Part shown: one piece after another, positions 46,601 through 61,600 of the stretch
Position numbering within the stretch: position 1 is the stretch's first letter
Layout of the letters: each line of letters opens with the position of its first letter
NCBI RefSeq assembly: GCF_036365525.1
Contig: NC_090378.1
Location: 120,203,593-120,267,592, forward strand
From: Heterodontus francisci
Lineage: Eukaryota
Length of the DNA stretch: 64,000 nt
Direction: 5' to 3'
Made by a program: the position numbers and the translations under genes
The notes under the pieces: model-generated
The model's database searches: none
Seen by the model: only the letters and a program-made list of their open reading frames with translations
What the model was told of the DNA's origin: nothing

Positions 46601-49600
46601 CAGTCTGTGTACTCAGATACATCACACTTCACAATCCAGTTTGTGTACTCAGGGACATCAGACTTCACAATCCAGTCTGTGTACTCAGGTACATCACACT
46701 TCACAATCCAGTCTGTGTTCTCAGGTACATCACACTTCACAATCCAGTCTGTGTACTCAGGTACATCACACTTCACAATCCAGTCTGTGTACTCAGGGAC
46801 ATCACACTTCACAATCCGGTCTGTGTACTCAGGTACATCACACTTCAGAATCCAGTCTGTGTTCTCAGGTACATCACACTTCACAATCCAGTCTGTGTAC
46901 TCAGGTACATCACAATTCACAATGCATTCTGTGTACTCAGGTACATCACACTTCACAATGCAATCTGTGTACTCAGGTATATAACACTTCACAATCCAGA
47001 CTGTGTACTCAGGTACATCACACTTCGCAATCCAGTCCGTGTACACAGGTACATCACACTTCACAATCCAGTCTGTGTACTCAGGTACATCACACTTCAC
47101 AATCCAGTCTGTGTACTCAGGAACATCACACTTCACAATCCTGTCTGTGTACACAGGTACATCACACTTCACAATCCAGTCTGTGTACTCAGGTACATCA
47201 CACTTCACAATCCGTTCTGTGTACTCAGGTACATCACAATTCACAGTCCAGTCTGTGTACTCAGGTGCATCACACTTCACAATCCATTCTGTGTACTCAG
47301 GTACATCACACTTCACAATCCGGTCTGTGTACTCAGATACATCACACTTCACAATCCAGTCTGTGTACTCAGGTACATCACACTTCACAATCCAGTCTGT
47401 GTACTCAGGTACATCACACTTCACAATCCAGTCTGTGTACTCAGGAACATCACACTTCACAATCCAGACTGTGTACTCAGGTACATCACACTTCACAATC
47501 CAGACTGTGTACTCAGGTACATCACACTTCAAAATCCATTCTGTGTACTCAGGTACATCACACTTCGCAATCCAGTCCGTGTACTCAGGTACATCACACG
47601 TCACAATCCGGTCTGTGTACTCAGGTACATCACACTTCACAGTCCAGTCTGTGTACTCAGGTACATCACACTTCACAATCCAGTCCGTGTTCTCAGGTAC
47701 ATCACACTTCACAATCCAGTCTGTGTCTTCAGGTACATCACACTTCACAATCCATTCTGTGTACTCAGGTACATCACACTTCACAATCCAGTCCGTGTTC
47801 TCAGGTACATCACACTTCGCAATCCAGTCCGTGTATTCAGGTACATCACACTTCACAATCCATTCTGTGTACTCAGGTACATCACACTTCACAATCCAGT
47901 CTGTGTACTCAGGTACATCACACTTCACAATCCAGTCCGTGTTCCCAGGTACATCACACTTCGCAATCCAGTCTGTGTACTCAGGTACATCACACTTCAC
48001 AATCCCGTCTGTGTGCTCAGGTACATCACACTTCACAATCCAGTCTGTGTACTCAGGTACATCACACTTCACAATCCAGTCTCTGCACTCAGGTACATCA
48101 CACTTCACAATCCGGTCTGTGTACTCAGGTACATCACACTTCACAATCCATTCTGTGTACTCAGGTACATCACACTTCACAATCCATTCTGTGTACTCAG
48201 GTACATCACACTTCACAATCCAGTCTGTGTACTCAGGTACATGACACTTCACAATCCAGTCTGTGTACTCAGGTACATCACACTTCACAATCCAGTCTCT
48301 GTACTCAGGTACATCACACTTCACAATCCATTCTGTGTACTCAGGTACATCACACTTCACAACCCAGTCCGTGTTCTCAGGTATATCACACTTCACAATC
48401 CACTCTTTGTCCTCAGGTACATCACACTTCACAATCCAGTCCGTGTACTCAGGTACATCACACTTCACATTCCAGTCTGTGTACTCAGGGACATCACACT
48501 TCACCATCCGGTCTGTGTACTCAGGTACATCACACTTCACAATCCAGTCTGTGTACTCAGGTACATCACACTTCACAAGTCAGTCGGTGTACTCAGGTAC
48601 ATCACACTTCACAATCCAGTCTGTGTACTCAGGTACATCACAATTCACAATCCATTCTGTGTACTCAGGTACATCACACTTCACAATGCAATCTGTGTAC
48701 TCAGGAACATCACACTTCACAATCCAGTCTGTGTACACAGGTACATCACACTTGACAATCCACTCTGTGTACTCAGGTACATCACACTTCACAATTTGTT
48801 CTGAGTACTCAGGTACATCACAATTCACAGTCCAGTCTGTGTACTCAGGTGCATCACACTTCACAATCCATTCTGTGTACTCAGGTACATCACTCTTCAC
48901 AATCCGGTCTGTGTACTCAGGTACATCACACTTCACAATCCGGTCTGTGTACTCAGGTACATCACACCTCACAATCCAGTCTGTGTACTCAGGAACATCA
49001 CAATTCACAATCCTGTCTGTGTACTCAGGTACATCACACTTCACAATCCGGTCTGAGTACTCAGGTATATCAAACTTCACAATCCGGTCCGTGTACTCAG
49101 AACATCACAATTCACAATCCAGTCTGTGCACTCAGGTACATCACACTTCACAATCCGGTCTGAGTACTCAGGTATATCAAACTTCACAATCCGGTCTGTG
49201 TACTCAGAACATCACAATTCACAATCCACTCTGTGTACTCAGATACATCACACTTCGCAATCCAGTCTGTGTTCTCAGATACATCACCCTTCACAATCCA
49301 ATCTGTGTACTCAGGTACATCACACTTCACAATCCAGTCTATGTATTCAGGTACATCACACTTCACAATCCAGTCTGTGCACACAGGAACATCACACTTC
49401 ACAATCCAGTCTGTGTACTCAGGTACATCACACTTCACAATCCAGTCTGTGTACTCAGGTATATAACACTTCACAAACCAGACTGTGTACTCATGTACAT
49501 CACACTTCACAATCCGGTCTGTGTACTCAGGTACATCACACTTCACAATCCAGTCTGTGTACACAGGTACATCACACTTCACAATCCAGTCTGTGTAATC

Positions 49601-52600
49601 AGGAACATCACACTTCACAATCCAGTCTGTGTACACAGATACATCACCCTTCACAATCCAATCTGTGTACTCGTGTACATCACACTTCACAATCCGGTCT
49701 GTGTACTCAGGTACATCACACTTCACAATCCAGACTGTGTGCTCAGGTACATCACACTTCGCAATCCTGTCCGTGTACTCAGGTACATCACACGTCACAA
49801 TCCGGTCTGTATACTCAGGTACATCACACTTCACAGTCCAGTCTGTGTACTCATGTACATCACACTTCACAATCCAGTCCGTGTTCTCAGGTACATCACA
49901 CTTTGCAATCCAGTCCGTGTATTCAGGTACATCACACTTCACAATCCAGTCTGTGTACTCAGGAAAATCACACTTCACAATCCAGTCTGTGTACTCAGGA
50001 AAATCACACTTCACAATCCAGTCTGTGTACTCAGGTACATCACACTTTGCAATCCCGTCTGTGTACTCAGGTACATCACACTTCACAATCCAGTCTGTGT
50101 ACTCAGGTACATCACACTTCACAATCCAGTCTCTGTACTCAAGTACATCACACTTCACAATCCATTCTGTGTACTCAGGTACATCACACTTCACAATCCA
50201 GTCTGTGTACTCAGGTACATCACAATTCACAATCCATTCTGTGTACTCAGGTACATCACACTTCACAATGCAATCTGTGTACTCAGGAACATCACACTTC
50301 ACAATCCAGTCTGTGTACACAGGTACATCACACTTGACAATCCACTCTGTGTACTCAGGTACATCACACTTCACAATTTGTTCTGTGTACTCAGGTACAT
50401 CACAATTCACAGTCCAGTCTGTGTACTCAGGTGCATCACACTTCACAATCCATTCTGTGTACTCAGGTACATCACTCTTCACAATCCGGTCTGTGTACTC
50501 AGGTACATCACACTTCACAATCCGGTCTGTGTACTCAGGTACATCACACCTCACAATCCAGTCTGTGTACTCAGGAACATCACAATTCACAATCCATTCT
50601 GTGTACTCAGGTACATCACACTTCACAATGCAATCTGTGTACTCAGGAACATCACACTTCACAATCCAGTCTGTGTACACAGGTACATCACACTTGACAA
50701 TCCACTCTGTGTACTCAGGTACATCACACTTCACAATTTGTTCTGTGTACTCAGGTACATCACAATTCACAGTCCAGTCTGTGTACTCAGGTGCATCACA
50801 CTTCACAATCCATTCTGTGTACTCAGGTACATCACTCTTCACAATCCGGTCTGTGTACTCAGGTACATCACACTTCACAATCCGGTCTGTGTACTCAGGT
50901 ACATCACACCTCACAATCCAGTCTGTGTACTCAGGAACATCACAATTCACAATCCTGTCTGTGTACTCAGGTACATCACACTTCACAATCCGGTCTGAGT
51001 ACTCAGGTATATCAAACTTCACAATCCGGTCCGTGTACTCAGAACATCACAATTCACAATCCAGTCTGTGCACTCAGGTACATCACACTTCACAATCCGG
51101 TCTGAGTACTCAGGTATATCAAACTTCACAATCCGGTCTGTGTACTCAGAACATCACAATTCACAATCCAGTCTGTGTACTCAGATACATCACACTTCGC
51201 AATCCAGTCTGTGTTCTCAGATACATCACCCTTCACAATCCAATCTGTGTACTCAGGTACATCACACTTCACAATCCAGTCTATGTACTCAGGTACATCA
51301 CACTTCACAATCCAGTCTGTGCACACAGGAACATCACACTTCACAATCCAGTCTGTGTACTCAGGTACATCACACTTCACAATCCAGTCTGTGTACTCAG
51401 GTATATAACACTTCACAAACCAGACTGTGTACTCATGTACATCACACTTCACAATCCGGTCTGTGTACTCAGGTACATCACACTTCACAATCCAGTCTGT
51501 GTACACAGGTACATCACACTTCACAATCCAGTCTGTGTAATCAGGAACATCACACTTCACAATCCAGTCTGTGTACACAGATACATCACCCTTCACAATC
51601 CAATCTGTGTACTCGTGTACATCACACTTCACAATCCGGTCTGTGTACTCAGGTACATCACACTTCACAATCCAGACTGTGTGCTCAGGTACATCACACT
51701 TCGCAATCCTGTCCGTGTACTCAGGTACATCACACGTCACAATCCGGTCTGTATACTCAGGTACATCACACTTCACAGTCCAGTCTGTGTACTCATGTAC
51801 ATCACACTTCACAATCCAGTCCGTGTTCTCAGGTACATCACACTTCGCAATCCAGTCCGTGTATTCAGGTACATCACACTTCACAATCCAGTCTGTGTAC
51901 TCAGGAAAATCACACTTCACAATCCAGTCTGTGTACTCAGGAAAATCACACTTCACAATCCAGTCTGTGTACTCAGGTACATCACACTTTGCAATCCCGT
52001 CTGTGTACTCAGGTACATCACACTTCACAATCCAGTCTGTGTACTCAGGTACATCACACTTCACAATCCAGTCTCTGTACTCAAGTACATCACACTTCAC
52101 AATCCATTCTGTGTACTCAGGTACATCACACTTCACAATCCAGTCTGTGTAGTCAGGTACATCACACTTCACAATCCACTCTGTGTACTCAGGAACATCA
52201 CACTTCACAATCCAGTCCGTGTTCTCAGATACATCACCCTTCACAATCCAATCTGTGTACTCAGGTACATCACACTTCACAATCCAGTCTATGTACTCAG
52301 GTAAATCACACTTCACAATCCAGTCTGTGCACACAGGAACATCACACTTCACAATCCAGTCTGTGTACTCAGGTACATCACACTTCACAATCCAGTCTGT
52401 GTACTCAGGTATATAACACTTCACAAACCAGACTGTGTACTCATGTACATCACACTTCACAATCCGGTCTGTGTACTCAGGTACATCACACTTCACAATC
52501 CAGTCTGTGTACACAGGTACATCACACTTCACAATCCAGTCTGTGTAATCAGGAACATCACACTTCACAATCCAGTCTGTGTACACAGATACATCACCCT

Positions 52601-55600
52601 TCACAATCCAATCTGTGTACTCGTGTACATCACACTTCACAATCCGGTCTGTGTACTCAGGTACATCACACTTCACAATCCAGACTGTGTGCTCAGGTAC
52701 ATCACACTTCGCAATCCTGTCCGTGTACTCAGGTACATCACACGTCACAATCCGGTCTGTATACTCAGGTACATCACACTTCACAGTCCAGTCTGTGTAC
52801 TCATGTACATCACACTTCACAATCCAGTCCGTGTTCTCAGGTACATCACACTTCGCAATCCAGTCCGTGTATTCAGGTACATCACACTTCACAATCCAGT
52901 CTGTGTACTCAGGAAAATCACACTTCACAATCCAGTCTGTGTACTCAGGAAAATCACACTTCACAATCCAGTCTGTGTACTCAGGTACATCACACTTCGC
53001 AATCCCGTCTGTGTACTCAGGTACATCACACTTCACAATCCAGTCTGTGTACTCAGGTACATCACACTTCACAATCCAGTCTCTGTACTCAAGTACATCA
53101 CACTTCACAATCCATTCTGTGTACTCAGGTACATCACACTTCACAATCCAGTCTGTGTAGTCAGGTACATCACACTTCACAATCCACTCTGTGTACTCAG
53201 GAACATCACACTTCACAATCCAGTCCGTGTTCTCAGGTACATCACACTTCACAATCCAGTCTGTGTACTCAGGTATATCACACTTCACAATCCAGTCTGT
53301 GTACTCCGATACATCACACTTCACAATTCAGTCTGTGTACTCAGGTACATCACACTTCACAATCCGGTCTGTGTACTCAGGTACATCACACTTCACAATC
53401 CACTCTGTGTACTCAGGAACATCACACTTCACAATCCAGTCTGTGTACTCAGGTACATCACAATTCACAATCCATTCTGTGTACTCAGGTACATCACACT
53501 TCACAATGCAATCTGTGTACTCAGGAACATCACACTTCACAATCCAGTCTGTGTACACAGGGACATCACACTTGACAATCCATTCTGTGTACTCAGGTAC
53601 ATCACACTTCACAATCCAGTCTGTGTACTCAGGTACATCACAATTCACAATCCATTCTGTGTACACAGGTACATCACACTTCACAATGCAATCTGTGTAC
53701 TCAGGAACATCACACTTCACAATCCTGTCTGTGTACACAGGTACATCACACTTGACAATCCACTCTGTGTACTCAGGTACATCACACTTGACAATCCACT
53801 CTGTGTACTCAGGTACATCACACTTCACAATCCGTTCTGTGTACTCAGGTACATCACAATTCACAGTCCAGTCTGTGTACTCAGGTGCATCACACTTCAC
53901 AATCCATTCTGTGTACTCAGGTACATCACTCTTCACAATCCGGTCTGTGTACTCAGGTACATCACACTTCACAATCCGGTCTGTGTACTCAGGTACATCA
54001 CACCTCACAATACATTCTGTGTACTCAGGAACATCACAATTCACAATACTGTCTGTGTACTCAGGTACATCACACTTCACAATCCGGTCTGAGTACTCAG
54101 GTATATCAAACTTCACAATCCGGTCCGTGTACTCAGAACATCACAATTCACAATCCAGTCTGTGCACTCAGGTACATCACACTTCACAATCCGGTCTGAG
54201 TACTCAGGTATATCAAACTTCACAATCCGGTCTGTGTACTCAGAACATCACAATTCACAATCCAGTCTGTGTACTCAGATACATCACACTTCACAATCCA
54301 GTCTGTGTACTCAGATACATCACCCTTCACAATCCAATCTGTGTACTCAGGTACATCACACTTCACAATCCAGTCGATGTACTCAGGTACATCACACTTC
54401 ACAATCCAGTCTGTGTACTCAGGAACATCACACTTCACAATCCAGTCTGTGTACTCAGGTACATCACACTTCACAATCCAGTCTGTGTACTCAGGTATAT
54501 AACACTTCACAAACCTGACTGTGTACTCATGTACATCACACTTCACAATCCGGTCTGTGTACTCAGGTACATCACACTTCACAATCCAGTCTGTGTACAC
54601 AGGTACATCACACTTCACAATCCCATCTGTGTACTCGTGTACATCACACTACACAATCCGGTCTGTGTACTCAGGTACATCACACTTCACAGTCCAGTCT
54701 GTGTACTCATGTACATCACACTTCACAATCCAGTCCGTGTTCTCAGGTACATCACACTTCGCAATCCAGTCCGTGTATTCAGGTACATCACACTTCACAA
54801 TCCAGTCTGTGTACTCAGGAAAATCACACTTCACAATCCAGTCTGTGTACTCAGGAAAATCACACCTCACAATCCAGTCTGTGTACTCAGGTACATCACA
54901 CTTCGCAATCCCGTCTGTGTACTCAGGTACATCACACTTCACAATCCAGTCTGTGTACTCAGGTACATCACACTTCACAATCCAGTCTCTGTACTCAGGT
55001 ACATCACACTTCACAATCCATTCTGTGTACTCAGGTACATCACACTTCACAATCCAGTCTGTGTAGTCAGGTACATCACACTTCACAATCCACTCTGTGT
55101 ACTCAGGTACATCACACTTCACAATCCAGTCCGTGTTCTCAGGTACATCATACTTCACAATCCACTCTGTGTACTCAGGTATATCACACTTCACAATCCA
55201 GTCTGTGTACTCCGATACATCACACTTCACAATTCAGTCTGTGTACTCAGGTACATCACACTTCACAATCCGGTCTGTGTACTCAGGTACATCACACTTC
55301 ACAATCCATTCTGTGTACTCAGGAACATCACACTTCACAATCCAGTCTGTGTACTCAGGTACATCACACTTCACAATCCAGCCTCTGTGCTCAGGTACAT
55401 CACACTTCACAATCCATTCTGTGTACTCAGGTACATCGCACTTCACAATCCGGTCTGTGTAATCAGGTACTTCACACCTCACAATCCAGTCTGTGTACTC
55501 AGGTACATCACACTTCACAATCCAGTCTCTGTACTCAGGTACATCACACTTCACAATCCATTCTGTGTACTCAGATACATCACACTTCACAATCCGGTCT

Positions 55601-58600
55601 GTGTACTCAGATACATCACACTTCACAATCCAGTCTGTGTACTCAGGTACATCACACTTCACAATCCAGTCTGTGTACTCAGGAAAATCACACTTCACAA
55701 TCCAGTCTGTGTACTCAGGAAAATCACACTTCACAATCCAGTCTGTGTACTCAGGTACATCACACTTCGCAATCCCGTCTGTGTACTCAGGTACATCACA
55801 CTTCACAATCCATCTGTGTACTCAGGTACATCACACTACACAATCCAGTCTCTGTACTCAGGTACATCACACTTCACAATCCATTCTGTGTACTCAGGTA
55901 CATCACTCTTCACAATCCAGTCTGTGTAGTCAGGTACATCACACTTCACAATCCTCTCTGTGTACTCAGGTACATCACACTTCACAATCCAGTCCGTGTT
56001 TTCAGGTACATCACACTTCACAATCCAGTCTGTGTACTCAGGTAAATCACACTTCACAATCCAGTCTGTGTACTCTGATACATCACACTTCACAATCCAG
56101 TCTGTGTACTCAGGTACATCACACTTCACAATCCAGTCTGTGTACTCAGGTACATCACACTTCACAATCCAGTCTGTGTACACAGGTACATCACACTTCA
56201 CAATCCAGTCTGTGTAATCAGGAACATCACACTTCACAATCCAGTCTGTGTACACAGATACATCACCCTTCACAATCCAATCTGTGTACACGTGTACATC
56301 ACACTTCACAATCCGGTCTGTGTACTCAGGTACATCACACTTCACAATCCAGACTGTGTGCTCAGGTAAATCACACTTCGCAATCCTGTCCGTGTACTCA
56401 GGTACATCACACGTCACAATCCGGTCTGTGTACTCAGGTACATCACACTTCACAATCCAGACTGTGTGCTCAGGTACATCACACTTCGCAATCCTGTCCG
56501 TGTACTCAGGTACATCACACTTCGCAATCCTGTCCGTGTACTCAGGTACATCACACTTCACAATCCAGTCCGTGTTCTCAGGTACATCACACTTCGCAAT
56601 CCAGTCCGTGTATTCAGGTACATCACACTTCACAATCCAGTCTGTGTACTCAGGAAAATCACACTTCACAATCCAGTCTGTGTACTCTGGAAAATCACAC
56701 TTCACAATCCAGTCTGTGTACTCAGGTACATCACACTTAGCAATCCCGTCTGTGTACTCAGGTACATCACACTTCACAATCCAGTCTGTGTACTCAGGTA
56801 CAGCACACTTCACAATCCAGTCTCTGTACTCAGGTACATCACACTTCACAATCCATTCTGTGTACTCAGGTACATCACACTTCACAACCCAGTCCGTGTT
56901 CTCAGGTATATCACACTTCACAATCCACTCTGTGTACTCAGGTACATCACACTTCACAATCCAGTCCGTGTACACAGGTACATCACACTTCACAATCCAG
57001 TCTGTGTACTCAGGGACATCACACTTCACCATCCGGTCTCTGTGCTCAGGTACATCACACTTCACAATCCATTCTGTGTACTCAGGTACATCGCACTTCA
57101 CAATCCGGTCTGTGTACTCAGGTACTTCACACCTCACAATCCAGTCTGTGTACTCAGGTACATCACACTTCACAATCCAGTCTCTGTACTCAGGTACATC
57201 ACACTTCACAATCCATTCTGTGTACTCAGATACATCACACTTCACAATCCGGTCTGTGTACTCAGATACATCACACTTCACAATCCAGTCTGTGTACTCA
57301 GGTACATCACACTTCACAATCCAGTCTGTGTACTCAGGAAAATCACACTTCACAATCCAGTCTGTGTACTCAGGAAAATCACACTTCACAATCCAGTCTG
57401 TGTACTCAGGTACATCACACTTCGCAATCCCGTCTGTGTACTCAGGTACATCACACTTCACAATCCATCTGTGTACTCAGGTACATCACACTACACAATC
57501 CAGTCTCTGTACTCAGGTACATCACACTTCACAATCCATTCTGTGTACTCAGGTACATCACTCTTCACAATCCAGTCTGTGTAGTCAGGTACATCACACT
57601 TCACAATCCTCTCTGTGTACTCAGGTACATCACACTTCACAATCCAGTCCGTGTTCTCAGGTACATCACACTTCACAATCCAGTCTGTGTACTCAGGTAA
57701 ATCACACTTCACAATCCAGTCTGTGTACTCTGATACATCACACTTCACAATCCAGTCTGTGTACTCAGGTACATCACACTTCACAATCCAGTCTGTGTAC
57801 TCAGGTACATCACACTTCACAATCCAGTCTGTGTACACAGGTACATCACACTTCACAATCCAGTCTGTGTAATCAGGAACATCACACTTCACAATCCAGT
57901 CTGTGTACACAGATACATCACCCTTCACAATCCAATCTGTGTACTCGTGTACATCACACTTCACAATCCGGTCTGTGTACTCAGGTACATCACACTTCAC
58001 AATCCAGACTGTGTGCTCAGGTAAATCACACTTCGCAATCCTGTCCGTGTACTCAGGTACATCACACGTCACAATCCGGTCTGTGTACTCAGGTACATCA
58101 CACTTCACAATCCAGACTGTGTGCTCAGGTACATCACACTTCGCAATCCTGTCCGTGTACTCAGGTACATCACACTTCGCAATCCTGTCCGTGTACTCAG
58201 GTACATCACACTTCACAATCCAGTCCGTGTTCTCAGGTACATCACACTTCGCAATCCAGTCCGTGTATTCAGGTACATCACACTTCACAATCCAGTCTGT
58301 GTACTCAGGAAAATCACACTTCACAATCCAGTCTGTGTACTCAGGTACATCACACTTCGCAATCCCGTCTGTGTACTCAGGTACATCACACTTCACAATC
58401 CAGTCTGTGTACTCAGGTACAGCACACTTCACAATCCAGTCTCTGTACTCAGGTACATCACACTTCACAATCCATTCTGTGTACTCAGGTACATCACACT
58501 TCACAACCCAGTCCGTGTTCTCAGGTATATCACACTTCACAATCCACTCTGTGTACTCAGGTACATCACACTTCACAATCCAGTCCGTGTACACAGGTAC

Positions 58601-61600
58601 ATCACACTTCACAATCCAGTCTGTGTACTCAGGGACATCACACTTCACCATCCGGTCTGTGTACTCAGGTACATCACACTTCACAATCCAGTCTGTGTAC
58701 TCAGGTACATCACACTTCACAATTCAGTCTGTGTACTCAGGTACATCACACTTCACAATCCAGTCTGTGTACTCAGGTACATCACACTTCACAATCCAGT
58801 CTCTGTACTCAGGTACATCACACTTCACAATCCATTCTGTGTACTCAGGTACATCACACTTCACAATCCAGTCTGTGTAGTCAGGTACATCACACTTCAC
58901 AATCCACTCTGTGTACTCAGGTACATCACACTTCACAATCCAGTCCGTGTTCTCAGGTACATCATACTTCACAATCCACTCTGTGTACTCAGGTATATCA
59001 CACTTCACAATCCAGTCTGTGTACTCCGATACATCACACTTCACAATTCAGTCTGTGTACTCAGGTACATCACACTTCACAATCCGGTCTGTGTACTCAG
59101 GTACATCACACTTCACAATCCATTCTGTGTACTCAGGAACATCACACTTCACAATCCAGTCTGTGTACTCAGGTACATCACACTTCACAATCCAGTCTGT
59201 GTACTCAGGTGCATCACACTTCACAATCCAGTCTGTGTACACAGGTACATCACACTTCACAATCCAGTCTGTGTAATCAGGAACATCACACTTCACAATC
59301 CAGTCTGTGTACACAGATACATCACCCTTCACAATCCAATCTGTGTACACGTGTACATCACACTTCACAATCCGGTCTGTGTACTCAGGTACATCACACT
59401 TCACAATCCAGACTGTGTGCTCAGGTAAATCACACTTCGCAATCCTGTCCGTGTACTCAGGTACATCACACGTCACAATCCGGTCTGTGTACTCAGGTAC
59501 ATCACACTTCACAATCCAGACTGTGTGCTCAGGTACATCACACTTCGCAATCCTGTCCGTGTACTCAGGTACATCACACTTCGCAATCCTGTCCGTGTAC
59601 TCAGGTACATCACACTTCACAATCCAGTCCGTGTTCTCAGGTACATCACACTTCGCAATCCAGTCCGTGTATTCAGGTACATCACACTTCACAATCCAGT
59701 CTGTGTACTCAGGAAAATCACACTTCACAATCCAGTCTGTGTACTCTGGAAAATCACACTTCACAATCCAGTCTGTGTACTCAGGTACATCACACTTAGC
59801 AATCCCGTCTGTGTACTCAGGTACATCACACTTCACAATCCAGTCTGTGTACTCAGGTACAGCACACTTCACAATCCAGTCTCTGTACTCAGGTACATCA
59901 CACTTCACAATCCATTCTGTGTACTCAGGTACATCACACTTCACAACCCAGTCCGTGTTCTCAGGTATATCACACTTCACAATCCACTCTGTGTACTCAG
60001 GTACATCACACTTCACAATCCAGTCCGTGTACACAGGTACATCACACTTCACAATCCAGTCTGTGTACTCAGGGACATCACACTTCACCATCCGGTCTCT
60101 GTGCTCAGGTACATCACACTTCACAATCCATTCTGTGTACTCAGGTACATCGCACTTCACAATCCGGTCTGTGTACTCAGGTACTTCACACCTCACAATC
60201 CAGTCTGTGTACTCAGGTACATCACACTTCACAATCCAGTCTCTGTACTCAGGTACATCACACTTCACAATCCATTCTGTGTACTCAGATACATCACACT
60301 TCACAATCCGGTCTGTGTACTCAGATACATCACACTTCACAATCCAGTCTGTGTACTCAGGTACATCACACTTCACAATCCAGTCTGTGTACTCAGGAAA
60401 ATCACACTTCACAATCCAGTCTGTGTACTCAGGAAAATCACACTTCACAATCCAGTCTGTGTACTCAGGTACATCACACTTCGCAATCCCGTCTGTGTAC
60501 TCAGGTACATCACACTTCACAATCCATCTGTGTACTCAGGTACATCACACTACACAATCCAGTCTCTGTACTCAGGTACATCACACTTCACAATCCATTC
60601 TGTGTACTCAGGTACATCACTCTTCACAATCCAGTCTGTGTAGTCAGGTACATCACACTTCACAATCCTCTCTGTGTACTCAGGTACATCACACTTCACA
60701 ATCCAGTCCGTGTTCTCAGGTACATCACACTTCACAATCCAGTCTGTGTACTCAGGTAAATCACACTTCACAATCCAGTCTGTGTACTCTGATACATCAC
60801 ACTTCACAATCCAGTCTGTGTACTCAGGTACATCACACTTCACAATCCAGTCTGTGTACTCAGGTACATCACACTTCACAATCCAGTCTGTGTACACAGG
60901 TACATCACACTTCACAATCCAGTCTGTGTAATCAGGAACATCACACTTCACAATCCAGTCTGTGTACACAGATACATCACCCTTCACAATCCAATCTGTG
61001 TACTCGTGTACATCACACTTCACAATCCGGTCTGTGTACTCAGGTACATCACACTTCACAATCCAGACTGTGTGCTCAGGTAAATCACACTTCGCAATCC
61101 TGTCCGTGTACTCAGGTACATCACACGTCACAATCCGGTCTGTGTACTCAGGTACATCACACTTCACAATCCAGACTGTGTGCTCAGGTACATCACACTT
61201 CGCAATCCTGTCCGTGTACTCAGGTACATCACACTTCGCAATCCTGTCCGTGTACTCAGGTACATCACACTTCACAATCCAGTCCGTGTTCTCAGGTACA
61301 TCACACTTCGCAATCCAGTCCGTGTATTCAGGTACATCACACTTCACAATCCAGTCTGTGTACTCAGGAAAATCACACTTCACAATCCAGTCTGTGTACT
61401 CAGGTACATCACACTTCGCAATCCCGTCTGTGTACTCAGGTACATCACACTTCACAATCCAGTCTGTGTACTCAGGTACAGCACACTTCACAATCCAGTC
61501 TCTGTACTCAGGTACATCACACTTCACAATCCATTCTGTGTACTCAGGTACATCACACTTCACAACCCAGTCCGTGTTCTCAGGTATATCACACTTCACA

